The notes: generated by a model from the letters alone, not told the origin. Positions 1-8,555 are shown, counted from the first letter of the stretch. The stretch: 64,000 bases of DNA from an uncultured Actinomycetes bacterium (GCA_963836925.1 CAWILJ010000001.1:39965-103964), one strand, 5' to 3'. Translations and numbers: made by a program.

Positions 1-421
1 CCGCGAGAACGCCGAGCGCCCGGTCGATGCCGCCGCGGATCGGGACCGCCGCGGCGCTCCGGATCCCTGCGCTCGTCAGGGGGCGGGAGCCGCCGAACCG
101 GGTGTCCGCGTCGAGATCGGCGACGACCGACACCTCCCGGGCGAGGCACACGTGTGCCACATGCACGTCCTCGGAGAGCGGGACGGGCCCCAGCTCATCT
201 GGAGGCCAGCCGACCGACGAGCGGAACTGCAGCTCGTCGCCCTCGGCCATGAGGATCGCCGCCCGAGCGGTGCCGAGCATCCTCGTCGCATCGGCGACCG
301 CGAGCTCGAGGAGCTCCGCGGCCGTCGTGCCCGTGAGCGCGCGACGCCCGAGCTCGGCCACCGACGCCTCGCGCTCGAGACGTCCCTCGAGCTCTCGCAG
401 GCGGTCATCGGGCTGCTCCAC
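1..421 (-). CDS. GAF domain-containing sensor protein, N-terminal part (gene runs off the window start)
   Basis: Not in the ORF track. My minus-strand translation from GTG at 419-421 (AGGAGG at 433-438) reads VEQPDDRLRELEGRLEREASVAELGRRALTG..AELLELAVADATRMLGTARAAILMAEGDELQFRSSVGWP..VVADLDADTRFGG..GIRSAAAVPIRGG. This is a GAF-like pattern and is open to position 1. Confidence 0.6.
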   Translation of the reverse strand, partial: MEQPDDRLRELEGRLEREASVAELGRRALTGTTAAELLELAVADATRMLGTARAAILMAEGDELQFRSSVGWPPDELGPVPLSEDVHVAHVCLAREVSVVADLDADTRFGGSRPLTSAGIRSAAAVPIRGGIDRALGVLA

Positions 422-578
422 CCCTTCGTTTACCTCCTGAAGCATGTGTGGGGGGAAGTCGAGCGCGTGACCGGATCAGGTTACCTTGCGAAGCCTCTTC
501 ATCCCGGCTGCCGCGTGACCGGGATGGCGCACCGAGACTCGTAGGCGCCCTTGGCCTCGAACGTGAATGGAAGACGTA

Positions 579-845
579 TCAGGCGGCGCGGCTACCCTCG
601 CGACCGGGGTCGCGAAGGATGCGCTCTGCGCGGCGGGCGCGCTTGACGATGCTCGTTCGGGTACCGAACCGGATCACGGCCCGTGTCGTCCGCTGCTCGT
701 CCCAGAGGGCGGCGATACGGGCGTCCAGGCTTCTGCGTTCGTGCGCGAGCTCGGCGTCGGGCATCTCGGCGAGGTCGTGGAGCACGACGCCCCGCCGGTC
801 GGACAGCTGGTCGATCTCGTCTTTGATCTCTCCTAGAGGTCGCAT
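579..845 (-). CDS. small hypothetical protein (88 aa)
   Basis: Lies in the frame of ORF 579..1337, starting at the internal ATG at 843-845. MRPLGEIKDEIDQLSDRRGVVLHDLAEMPDAELAHERRSLDARIAALWDEQR... looks protein-like, while the upstream part of that ORF is an Arg/Pro shadow. Same strand as nhaA and directly downstream of it. Family not recognised with confidence. Confidence 0.4.
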   Translation of the reverse strand: MRPLGEIKDEIDQLSDRRGVVLHDLAEMPDAELAHERRSLDARIAALWDEQRTTRAVIRFGTRTSIVKRARRAERILRDPGREGSRAA

Positions 846-889
846 GAAGAGGGGATTGCCCGATCCTCCGCAGCTCCAAACACGCCTCG

Positions 890-2773
890 TCACGCCGCGA
901 TCGAAGCGCGGGCGCGGGCGGCGCGAACGGCCGCGGAGAGGGTCTCGACGTCGTAGGCACCCTGGTGGCGAACGCCGTTGACGAAGAACGTCGGCGTGCC
1001 GGAGACCGAGCTGAGGTCGGCGCTGTCGACGTCCTCGGCGACCCGCCCTCCCCAGGCGTGGCGGCGGAGCTCGTCGGCGAATCGGTCGGTGTCGAGCCCG
1101 AGCTCGGCCGCGTAGCTCGTGAGGTCGGCCGGCCGGAGCGCGTCCTGATGCCGGAGGAGCAGGTCGTGCATCTCCCAGAACCGGCCCTGGGCGCCGGCGG
1201 CTTCTGCCGCCTCGGCGGCGATCTGGGCATTCGGATGGACGTCGTTCAGCGGCAGGTGCCGCCAGACGTAGCGGAGGTCGCCGAAGTCGGCGAGCAGCTC
1301 GCGGACCACCGGCTCGGCCTGGCCGCAGAACGGGCACTGGAAGTCGCCGTACTCGACGAGCGTGACCGGAGCCTCCGCCGGGCCGCGGACGTGGTCCGAG
1401 TCGGGATCGACCGGGTCCGCGAGGTCGGTCAGGAGCTCGGCCGTCCCGAGTAGCGCCCTGATCCTGAGCGCCTGCGGAAGCTCGGCGGTGGCGCGGAAGA
1501 GGAGCGCGGTCAGCGACGAGGCGAGCACGGCGGCCGTGAGCACGCCGAGCTTCGCCTCGTCGAGTGTCGCCCCGTGGAAGGCGAGGCTCGCGATCAGGAG
1601 GGACACGGTGAACCCGATACCGGCGATGACCCCGCCGCCGGCGACCGCGGCCCAGCCGACCGGCGGCCGCAGGCGGCCGCGCGACAGCTTCGTCACGAGC
1701 AGCGCGGCTCCCGTCACGCCGACGGGCTTCCCGAGCACGTAACCCGCGACGATGCCGAGCGTCACCGGCGAGGTGTAGGCGTGAGAGAGGAAGCCGCCGT
1801 CGATCGGGATCCCGGCGTTCGCGACCGCGAAGAGCGGCACGATCGCGAAGCTCGTCCAGGGGTGGAACATGACCTGGAGCCGTTCGTTCGGCGAGATCGC
1901 AGCTGCGAGGCCGATCGACGCGGAGCGGGCGAGCTCCGGGGTCGGCTGCTCGCGGAACCTCCTGAAGAGGTCACTTGCGCGCTCGAGGTCGGACCGGGCG
2001 GCCGGGTAGGCATAGGTCATGAGGCCCATGACGAGGCCGACGACGACGGGGTCGACTCCGGACTTCATCGTCGCCACCCACGAGGCCAGCCCGACCGTGA
2101 CGCACACGGGGGCCCACTTGAACCCGAGCATCGCGACGACGCGCAGCGCGACGAGGAGGACGGCGGCGACGGCGAGGTAGCCGAAGACGACGTGGGTGGT
2201 GTAGACGGTGGCGATCACGCCGATCGCGACGATGTCGTCGACGACGACCACGGTGAGCATGAACGCCCGCAGGCGGTCGGGGAAGCGCGGCCCGACGAGC
2301 GCCAGCATGCCGAGCGCGAAGGCAGTGTCGGTGGACATCGCGACGCCGAACCCGTGCGCCTCGGGCGTGCCCGCGTTGGCGGCGACGAAGATGCCGATCG
2401 GCACGAGCATCCCCCCGATCCCGGCGGCGAGCGGCAGCGCCAGGCGGCGGCGCTCCCGGAGCTCGCCCATGTCGAACTCGCGCCGGGCCTCGAGCCCGAC
2501 GACGAAGAAGAAGAGCGTCATCAGGCCCGAGTTGACCCAGTAGCGCACGGGCTCGGAGATGCCGTGCGACCCGATGCTGATCGCGAGCGTCGCGTCCCAG
2601 ATCCTCTGGTACGAGGCCCCGTCGGCGTTCACCCAGAGAAGCGCCGCGAGCGTGGCGGCGAGAAGCACGACCGCGCCGGCGGTCTCGGTGCGGAGGAACG
2701 TCCGCAGCGGCGTCTCGAGGTTGCGCGCCCATGCCGTCCTTCCCGAGAAGCCGGTTGCGCGCGCGCTCACCAA
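890..2773 (-). CDS. nhaA: Na+/H+ antiporter NhaA fused to a C-terminal DsbA-like thioredoxin domain
   Basis: 627-aa ORF. The multi-TM N-terminal part is NhaA-like (LRTFLRTETAGAVVLLAATLAALLWVN, FFFVVGLEARREFDMGELR, LFAVANAGIP). The C-terminal roughly 190 aa are DsbA-like with a CPFC motif (VTLVEYGDFQCPFCGQ). A TTG/GTG start at 2768-2773 is preceded by AGGAAG. Confidence 0.85.
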   Translation of the reverse strand: MVSARATGFSGRTAWARNLETPLRTFLRTETAGAVVLLAATLAALLWVNADGASYQRIWDATLAISIGSHGISEPVRYWVNSGLMTLFFFVVGLEARREFDMGELRERRRLALPLAAGIGGMLVPIGIFVAANAGTPEAHGFGVAMSTDTAFALGMLALVGPRFPDRLRAFMLTVVVVDDIVAIGVIATVYTTHVVFGYLAVAAVLLVALRVVAMLGFKWAPVCVTVGLASWVATMKSGVDPVVVGLVMGLMTYAYPAARSDLERASDLFRRFREQPTPELARSASIGLAAAISPNERLQVMFHPWTSFAIVPLFAVANAGIPIDGGFLSHAYTSPVTLGIVAGYVLGKPVGVTGAALLVTKLSRGRLRPPVGWAAVAGGGVIAGIGFTVSLLIASLAFHGATLDEAKLGVLTAAVLASSLTALLFRATAELPQALRIRALLGTAELLTDLADPVDPDSDHVRGPAEAPVTLVEYGDFQCPFCGQAEPVVRELLADFGDLRYVWRHLPLNDVHPNAQIAAEAAEAAGAQGRFWEMHDLLLRHQDALRPADLTSYAAELGLDTDRFADELRRHAWGGRVAEDVDSADLSSVSGTPTFFVNGVRHQGAYDVETLSAAVRAARARASIAA

Positions 2774-2802
2774 ACGATTCTTCCTGCTGGCACACTGGCG
2801 GG

Positions 2803-3339
2803 GTGGGCAAGAGCCGTAGGGTTGACGGAGGCTCGTCGGCGGAGGTACCGGCTCTGCCGGTGCAAGAGCAGAGATTCAGGGCGCGCCGGGTGCGGCGGCT
2901 GGTCGTTCCGCTGGTCGTGGCGGCGGCTCTTGTCTGCTCCGCAGGCGATGGCGACGCGGCCCGCACGCCGCAGCAGCAGAAGATGGCGGCCGTCGTCCTG
3001 CGCTGGAGCGCCGCTCTGAACGCGAACGACAACGCGGGGATCTCCCGTCTCTTCAGGGTGCCGGCCGTGATCGTGCAGGGCGCCTACGCGTACAAGCTCG
3101 TGAGCCAGCATCAGGTGGCGCTGTGGTTCGCCGGCCTGCCATGTGCCGGGCATGTGACCCGCGTGCTGTTCGAGGGCCGCTACGCGACCGCCGTGTTCAA
3201 GCTCGGGAACCGGGGGAAGACGAAGTGCGACGCGCCCGGATCGCTCGCGGCGGCGCGCTTCGAGATCGTGAACGGCAAGATCGTCTCCTGGGCTCAGGTC
3301 GCCGTGCCGCCGGCGAAGGTCGCGGGCCCGGTCGCCTGA
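2803..3339 (+). CDS. hypothetical exported protein (possibly NTF2/SnoaL-like fold)
   Basis: Frame of ORF 2731..3339. GTG at 2803 sits 6 nt after CACACT (2791-2796), which avoids overlap with nhaA. A basic N-region is followed by the hydrophobic stretch LVVPLVVAAALVCSAG. The fold guess comes only from the pattern LRWSAALNANDNAGISRLF...FEIVNGKIVSW. GTG 2890 is an alternative start. Confidence 0.45.
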   Translation: MGKSRRVDGGSSAEVPALPVQEQRFRARRVRRLVVPLVVAAALVCSAGDGDAARTPQQQKMAAVVLRWSAALNANDNAGISRLFRVPAVIVQGAYAYKLVSQHQVALWFAGLPCAGHVTRVLFEGRYATAVFKLGNRGKTKCDAPGSLAAARFEIVNGKIVSWAQVAVPPAKVAGPVA

Positions 3340-3344
3340 AACGA

Positions 3345-3370
3345 AAGGGGAGGGCCGAAGCCCTCCCCTT
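3345..3370 (-). terminator. rho-independent terminator hairpin between convergent genes
   Basis: Perfect 11-bp stem AAGGGGAGGGC/GCCCTCCCCTT with a CGAA loop. Read on the minus strand it is followed by TTTCGTTTC, just downstream of the binding-protein gene stop (3397). Confidence 0.7.
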
Positions 3371-3396
3371 GGAGCGGAAACGCTGGGGACGCGCTG

Positions 3397-4701
3397 TCAG
3401 GCCGCGCTGACCAGCCCGAGCGAGGGAACGATCACCTTGTGCACGGAGCTCTTCGCGTGCACGACCTGGTAGATCGTCACCGGGTTCGCAGTCACGTCGC
3501 CGTTCGGGTTGAACGAGACGTGGCCGAGGATCCCGTTGGCGATGTTGACCTTGAAGATCGACGAAGCCACGCCTGCGCGGGTTCCGTCGGAGGCCTTGAT
3601 CGCCGCGAGCATCACGTCGGCCGCCTGTGCCGCGTAGACCGCGTACGGGTCCGGCGGGGTGCCGCCGTTGGCCGCGGTGAAGTCCTTCACGAACTTCTGG
3701 CCCGCCGCCGGCAGCTGATCGTTCGGGAGACCCGCGACCGAGACGTACATGCCCTCGGCATTCGACTTGCCCGCCTGCTGCACGTCCGCCGAGACCGGCG
3801 TGAAGCCGTCCGGAGTGAGGATCGCGAGCTTCGGCGCGTTCGCGCGGATGTCCTTGATCAGCTTCCCGCCGTTCTCGCAGATCAGGCCGCCGATGAACAC
3901 GGCCTGTGCCCCGGAGGACTTCATCTGCAGAGCGAGGGCGGCGTACGAGGTGGCCTTCGGGTCGTACGCCACGTTCTTCACGACGGTGATGCCCAGCTTC
4001 TTGGCGGCGTTGGACACGTTCGTCGCGACGCCGGCCCCGTAGGCCTCCTTGTCGTTGAGGATGAAGAGCTTCTTGATCTTCAGCTGCTTCGCGAGCGTGG
4101 CATCGGCCGCGCCCTGGAAGTCGTCGGCCGCGACGACGCGGGCGTAGTTGCGGTGTCCCGTCGGGTAGTACTTCGCGGGCTCACCGGCCGCCGTGCCGGG
4201 ACCGGCATGCGTCAGGCCGACGTAGGTGTTGGCCGGGCTGACCATTCCGACCGGGCCGTTGGGCGCCCGGTTCAGGATCGGGACCTCGATCTCGGCGCAG
4301 CCGGAGTTGAACGTCCCGATGACGCCGACGACGCTCGCGTCGGAGGCGTAGTTGGAGGCGTTCGTCTGACAGGTGCCGGAATCCCACTTGCCGGCCTGAG
4401 CCGTCGAGTCGTCGCAGCTCTGGTAGGCGAGGGTGTGGTCCCCGGCCTTCCAGCCGGCTGCACTGAACTCGAAGGCGATCGACTTCGTCATCTGGATGGT
4501 CTGGGCGCGGCCCGAGCCCTGCAGGGGCAGGTCGGAAGCCACGAGCAGGTCTCCATCCGGGTTCTGAATCGCCGAGCAAGTCGCAGACGGGAGCGGCGTG
4601 GCCCCGGTCGAGTGCGCGAACGCGCCACCGACCGAGATCGCCAGCGCAACGCCGACGAGCACCGTCCCGAGCGCCGAGCCCAACAAGATTCGGTTCTTCA
4701 C
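3397..4701 (-). CDS. ABC transporter substrate-binding protein, branched-chain amino acid (LivJ/Peripla_BP_6-like) family
   Basis: Frame of ORF 3397..4878. GTG at 4699-4701 is preceded by GGAGG (4706-4710). Signal-like N-terminus VKNRILLGSALGTVLVGVALAISVGGAFA. The body (VIGTFNSGCAEIEVPILN, FILNDKEAYGAG, VFIGGLICENGGKLIKD) resembles type-I periplasmic binding proteins. Confidence 0.8.
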   Translation of the reverse strand: MKNRILLGSALGTVLVGVALAISVGGAFAHSTGATPLPSATCSAIQNPDGDLLVASDLPLQGSGRAQTIQMTKSIAFEFSAAGWKAGDHTLAYQSCDDSTAQAGKWDSGTCQTNASNYASDASVVGVIGTFNSGCAEIEVPILNRAPNGPVGMVSPANTYVGLTHAGPGTAAGEPAKYYPTGHRNYARVVAADDFQGAADATLAKQLKIKKLFILNDKEAYGAGVATNVSNAAKKLGITVVKNVAYDPKATSYAALALQMKSSGAQAVFIGGLICENGGKLIKDIRANAPKLAILTPDGFTPVSADVQQAGKSNAEGMYVSVAGLPNDQLPAAGQKFVKDFTAANGGTPPDPYAVYAAQAADVMLAAIKASDGTRAGVASSIFKVNIANGILGHVSFNPNGDVTANPVTIYQVVHAKSSVHKVIVPSLGLVSAA

Positions 4702-4815
4702 AAGTCCTCCTGACGTATTCGGGAAGGAAAAATCGGGGGTGATGGCGTGAGAGCATAGAGTGAGACGACCTGCAGGGAAAGTGGTTGTGGTCCTTCCGCG
4801 GTCCGGGTGGATCGG

Positions 4816-4821
4816 TACCGT
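4816..4821 (+). promoter_or_regulatory. -10-like TACCGT, 8 nt upstream of ATG 4830 (leaderless-type promoter candidate)
   Basis: The TAnnnT hexamer at a fixed short distance from the start, with no SD, recurs across the window. Confidence 0.35.
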
Positions 4822-4829
4822 GACCCGCG

Positions 4830-5969
4830 ATGGCCGACTCACGTCCGGGATCCGAGGCATCCGGAGTCGGCGGGGCACCGTGGCCGGTGCTCCCGAAGCC
4901 TTCGGTGCCGGAGCCCTCGGGGCCTTCCGAGTCGAGCCCTGAGGAGGCCGGGGAGGGGAACGGCGGACGCGGCGGCACCCTTGCCCGCGTGATCGCCCTG
5001 GTCGGGCTACTCGTCGTCGTGACCGCCGCCGGGATCGCGATCGGTCGGGCGGTCGCCCCGTCGCACCCGCACGTGAAGGCGGCCGCCGCTCCGCCGACGT
5101 CGACGAATCCGGCGCTGCCGCTGCCGCCCGTCGCCCACAAGGTCACGTACAGGTGGGGCCCGCTCACGGTGTCGCCGTACGGGAAGCTCCCCGCGGGCCC
5201 GCCGAACGCCGCGGCCGCGGTCGTCGGCCGGAAGCTCGCGGTCGTGGGCGGGAACGGGACGGGCCTCGTCCTCGCCGGCCCGCTCGGCGGCAAGCTCGTC
5301 CCGGTGGCACGGCTATCGCGTCCGCGGGCGAGCGCGCAGGCCTTCGCGCTGGGCGGCACGCTGTACGTCCTCGGCGGCGAGCAGGGCGGGAAGCCGTCCG
5401 ACGACCTTCTCCGGATCGACCTCGCGACGGGACGCGGACGGACGGTTGCGAAGTTCGTGGAGCCCCTCGCCGAGGCCGGCGTCGCGACCCGCGGAAACTC
5501 CGCCTACCTGGTGGGCGGCTGGACCGGCGACCAGTACGCGACCGCGATCCTGAAGCTCACGCCGCCGGGCGTTACCTCGCTCGTCGCACGGCTCCCCGAC
5601 GGAGTCCGCGCCCCGGCGGTCGTCAGGCTCGGCCACACGCTGTACGTCGCCGGCGGGCGTACCGAGCACGGCCTATCCGACAAGGTTTACGCGGTCGACC
5701 TCGACGCGGGCAAGGTCACGGCGCTTCGGTCGCTGCCGAGCCCCGTCACGGGCGCGCTCCTCGTCTCAGCGGGCGGCGACCTCTACGTGCTCGGTGGGAC
5801 CGGGCCGGGCGGGAAGCCGTCCGCGGCGGTCGTCCGGATCGACCCCGCCACCGGGCGAGCCACGGCCGCCGGGAAGCTGCCGAAGCCGCTCGCGGGCGGA
5901 GCCGCCGCACCCGCCGGGACGCGGACGCTCGTCGTCGACCCGCAAGCGGGCGTCGTCTACCGCATCTAG
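4830..5969 (+). CDS. membrane-anchored Kelch-repeat (beta-propeller) protein
   Basis: 379 aa. A Pro/Gly-rich N-terminus is followed by one TM (LVGLLVVVTAAGIAIG). Repeated blades follow: GGTLYVLGGEQGG, SAYLVGGWTGDQ, HTLYVAGGRTEHG, GGDLYVLGGTGPGG. Confidence 0.6.
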   Translation: MADSRPGSEASGVGGAPWPVLPKPSVPEPSGPSESSPEEAGEGNGGRGGTLARVIALVGLLVVVTAAGIAIGRAVAPSHPHVKAAAAPPTSTNPALPLPPVAHKVTYRWGPLTVSPYGKLPAGPPNAAAAVVGRKLAVVGGNGTGLVLAGPLGGKLVPVARLSRPRASAQAFALGGTLYVLGGEQGGKPSDDLLRIDLATGRGRTVAKFVEPLAEAGVATRGNSAYLVGGWTGDQYATAILKLTPPGVTSLVARLPDGVRAPAVVRLGHTLYVAGGRTEHGLSDKVYAVDLDAGKVTALRSLPSPVTGALLVSAGGDLYVLGGTGPGGKPSAAVVRIDPATGRATAAGKLPKPLAGGAAAPAGTRTLVVDPQAGVVYRI

Positions 5970-5976
5970 AGGCGCG

Positions 5977-6156
5977 TCAGGGCGAGAGCGAGTACACGTG
6001 CTGGTTCGCCGTGTACATGCAGTCCTCGTTGCTGCAGATCCACTGCCGCTTGGGGACCGCTCGCGGCGTCCCGTTGGGCGCCGGCCGCGGAATCGCCATC
6101 TCGCGGAGCTTGAGCGGTGAGGAGCACTGCGGGCACGTCGGCTGCGAATCGGTCAT
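5977..6156 (-). CDS. small zinc-ribbon protein (59 aa)
   Basis: Contains CPQC ...(29 aa)... CSNEDC. GGAGAGG lies 5-6 nt upstream of ATG 6154-6156, and GTG at 6157-6159 is also possible. Confidence 0.5.
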   Translation of the reverse strand: MTDSQPTCPQCSSPLKLREMAIPRPAPNGTPRAVPKRQWICSNEDCMYTANQHVYSLSP

Positions 6157-6203
6157 CACTACCTCTCCCCGGATTTCGAAGTGGATACTGCGTTATCGCC
6201 AAC

Positions 6204-6229
6204 AAAAAGCCCCGATTTGCGGGGCTTTT
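6204..6229 (-). terminator. hairpin plus T-run downstream of the tRNA-Gln remnant
   Basis: Stem AAAGCCCC/GGGGCTTT with loop GATTTGC. Read on the minus strand it is followed by TTTTTGTT. A similar hairpin sits at 12803-12828. Confidence 0.6.
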
Positions 6230-6238
6230 CCCGTGAAG

Positions 6239-6282
6239 CTGCGGGACTAGGACTCGAACCTAGACTACCTGATCAGAGTCAG
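6239..6282 (-). repeat. partial tRNA-Gln 3' half (att-type direct repeat of 12837-12881)
   Basis: Identical to the 3' 45 nt of the intact tRNA-Gln (discriminator, acceptor 3' strand, T arm, variable loop, anticodon-stem 3' strand) except for one missing C. The sequence diverges completely beyond that. Confidence 0.8.
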
Positions 6283-6493
6283 TCCGAAGCTCTCTGCCGG
6301 ATACCAGTCTACAAGCCAAAGCGCTGTGACACAGCCGGGGACGGTCTTACATTAGCGCTGTCTAGGACGACTGAAGGTAAGTGATATGGAGTAGCTATGT
6401 AACCCGATCTGTACCCGCGCTGGTCACCTGAGAACGTGTCAGGTGTTCCCGTGCGTCAGGTTCTCTCCAACGTTCGTAGGGTCGCAGAGCCAT

Positions 6494-6774
6494 CTAACCC
6501 AGTTCGCGCGGTTTGTCCCATTTTGCGGCCGACGACGACCGGCCCTTCTTCGGCCTAACGATCAGCCCGTTCCCAGCCAGGTGCGTGACTTCTAGTTCGC
6601 AGCCGTCGAGGTACGCCTGCACGTCCGCGGGCGCGAACAGGTAGCGGCGAGTTCCGGGAGACGCCGACACGGGAATCTGCCGCGGCGGCAGTGCTCGGCC
6701 AGTGTGCTTGGCGCCAGGCCGATCAGTGGCGCCACCTCCTCAAGAAGCATGAGGCGCTCTGGGCCGGCGATCAT
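6494..6774 (-). pseudogene. excisionase / helix-turn-helix DNA-binding protein, frameshifted
   Basis: ORF 6592..6774 gives MIAGPERLMLLEEVAPLIGLAPSTLAEHCRRG, then nonsense. Shifting one frame near 6685-6695 gives QIPVSASPGTRRYLFAPADVQAYLDGCELEVTHLAGNGLIVRPKKG... to a TAG at 6494-6496. Joined, this is a typical Xis/AlpA-like pattern. Confidence 0.5.
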
Positions 6775-7396
6775 GGGAGATCGAGAAACAGCAGACTCGC
6801 CCGGCTGCTCGCGCAGGCCGGGGCGGGCCTCTTGCGCGTAGCCCGATTGTGTGATTCCTCACAAAGACGACATACTCGCGCTACGATTCATGCCAGCCGG
6901 GTCGTGCGCCTGGCAGCAGGGAACTCAGGTAGCGGTGAAACGCTCCCCACGGGTTCTGAGCAATCTCCCTCGATCTCCCAAGGGGACGAAGACGGACAAG
7001 TCGGGCGCACCGGCCCGACGCACCCGCCAAGGTCAACCATCCTGTGCGGCCCGGCGGTTGGCGAAGTGAGTTGTGCTCATCGAGTCCAGCCCGCCCGGGG
7101 CCGTGAGGCTCGGAGAGGGCCGAAGGAAGGGGATCACCTCAGGCCTCTCCGAGCGCGTCGTGACGTCCGTCCCCTTCATCTTCCGCCCGGTCATCTCCGA
7201 ACACCCGTGCGGGAGCGAGACCAGAAATCCTAGGCCGGTGAGGATGAGAAACCCGAGAAGATCGCGAGAACCCAAGCGCCCTCGTTCGGGAGCCGAGCCC
7301 GTTGGATGACATTCTTGCTCGGCGTGACGCGCGGCTGCTCGTGCAGGCCGCCGGCGGCGACTCGCAATCGGTCAACCAGCTAGGTCGTCGTCCCTG

Positions 7397-7543
7397 CTAC
7401 GACTTCCCCTTCGTCCTCGGCTTCGCCTTCTTGCGCTTTTTCTCTCGCTCGTGGCGCCCGCTTTCCTCGAGTGCCTTCGCAACTTGGAGGCGCTGGCTTT
7501 TTTTCGCTCGCTTGCGGGCCTTCTTCTTGTCGGGGTCGCTCAT
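7397..7543 (-). CDS. small Lys/Arg-rich protein (48 aa), paralog of 44973..45104
   Basis: MSDPDKKKARKRAKKSQRLQVAKALEESGRHEREKKRKKAKPRTKGKS. About 60% of positions are shared with the core copy (KKK.RK.AKK.QR...KAL...GRHERE.K). CAGACT lies 9 nt upstream of the ATG. Confidence 0.4.
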   Translation of the reverse strand: MSDPDKKKARKRAKKSQRLQVAKALEESGRHEREKKRKKAKPRTKGKS

Positions 7544-7783
7544 AGCCCCGCGAGTCTGAAGCAATGCCGGTAACGGTGCGGTTACTGCATCATGGCGCTC
7601 ACGCTGGGGGAATCGAAGGGCAGCGAAATAGGGAGGCTTCATAAGAACCTGGGTCATCGCTTCGAAGAGCTATTGGCACAGCATCAGGCTTCGCTAGGGC
7701 GTTCGTCCCCTCCCCCGACCCGGCTCTACGCCTAGGTTTGCAGCTCGTCGAGCGGCTCCGCTGCGATCTCCCTAAGCTCGCTC

Positions 7784-8200
7784 TCAAGGTGAGCGCCTCC
7801 GTCGCCGCCTGGATGCCGGCGAGGACCTGCGCCCTCGAACGCCTCGGCTTTTCGCTCGGGCCGGCGTGTCCTGCGCCCGGGGGAGCCGCCCGGTCGCGGA
7901 CTGCCAGACGAGGGGCTCGAGCTGCCGGGCGAGTCTCTCGGCCGCGTCCAGGGCTGCGGCACGGCCGCGGGTGCGAATGTCGCGGATCGTCTGAGCGCTC
8001 AGCCAGCCCTCGGCGACGCACACGCCGGCAGGGTCGTCGACGAGCAAGGCGCCGAGCGGGACGGCCAGGGCTGCTGCGATCTTCGGAACGTTCCAGAGCT
8101 TCGGTGTGCGAGTGCCTTAGATCGCCTGCGGGCTCTGGCCCACTGCACACCGCTTCAAGAAGGGACACCGCATCCGACTCCAGGTTTCGAGCGGACCATC
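7784..8200 (-). pseudogene. XRE-family HTH regulator, degenerate copy (in-frame stop and internal deletion)
   Basis: The minus frame reads ...FLKRCAVGQSPQAI*GTRTPKLWNVPKIAAALAVPLGALLVDDPAGVCVAEGWLSAQTIRD..., with the TAA at 8117-8119. Segment 7988-8125 is roughly 75% identical by eye to 10739-10880. Confidence 0.45.
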
Positions 8201-8303
8201 CCCGTTATGCGCGGAGCCTCGGATCGGGCGAGCCTCACCTGGCGGCCACTACGTTCCAGATCGCCGAGTAAGGAAGTGTTCCACGATCCCGACCACCGCT
8301 CAG

Positions 8304-8555
8304 TCACGCTTCCCGTGCACCGACGCGACCTCGAGCGGTGAGGCGTGCCCGTCCTCGCGGGGCAACAAACGTCCCCAATCCGCACCGTCGCTCATATCGA
8401 GACCTTGAAAATGGCCCGGCCACGACGTGAGTCGGCACACGCTCGGTGAACAGCGTCTCGAGCACCGGGTCGGCGAGGACCTTGTCGTTGAAGAACTGCT
8501 CGAGGCGGTGCAGGCCCTCGTCGCCGCCGGCGTGGTCGTAGAGTGTCTCCGTCAC
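8304..8555 (-). pseudogene. truncated-globin-like N-terminal fragment
   Basis: MTETLYDHAGGDEGLHRLEQFFNDKVLADPVLETLFTERVPTHV resembles the start of bacterial truncated haemoglobins. The rest of the ORF is not globin-like. Confidence 0.35.

Noticed and set aside
6691-7375. ORFs 6691..7233 (+), 6851..7069 (+), 7033..7275 (-), 7073..7309 (+) and 7139..7375 (-) in the AT-richer part of the island
   Set aside because: They are mutually overlapping, have no motifs and no start signals, and their composition differs from coding regions elsewhere. They are treated as non-coding or decayed DNA.
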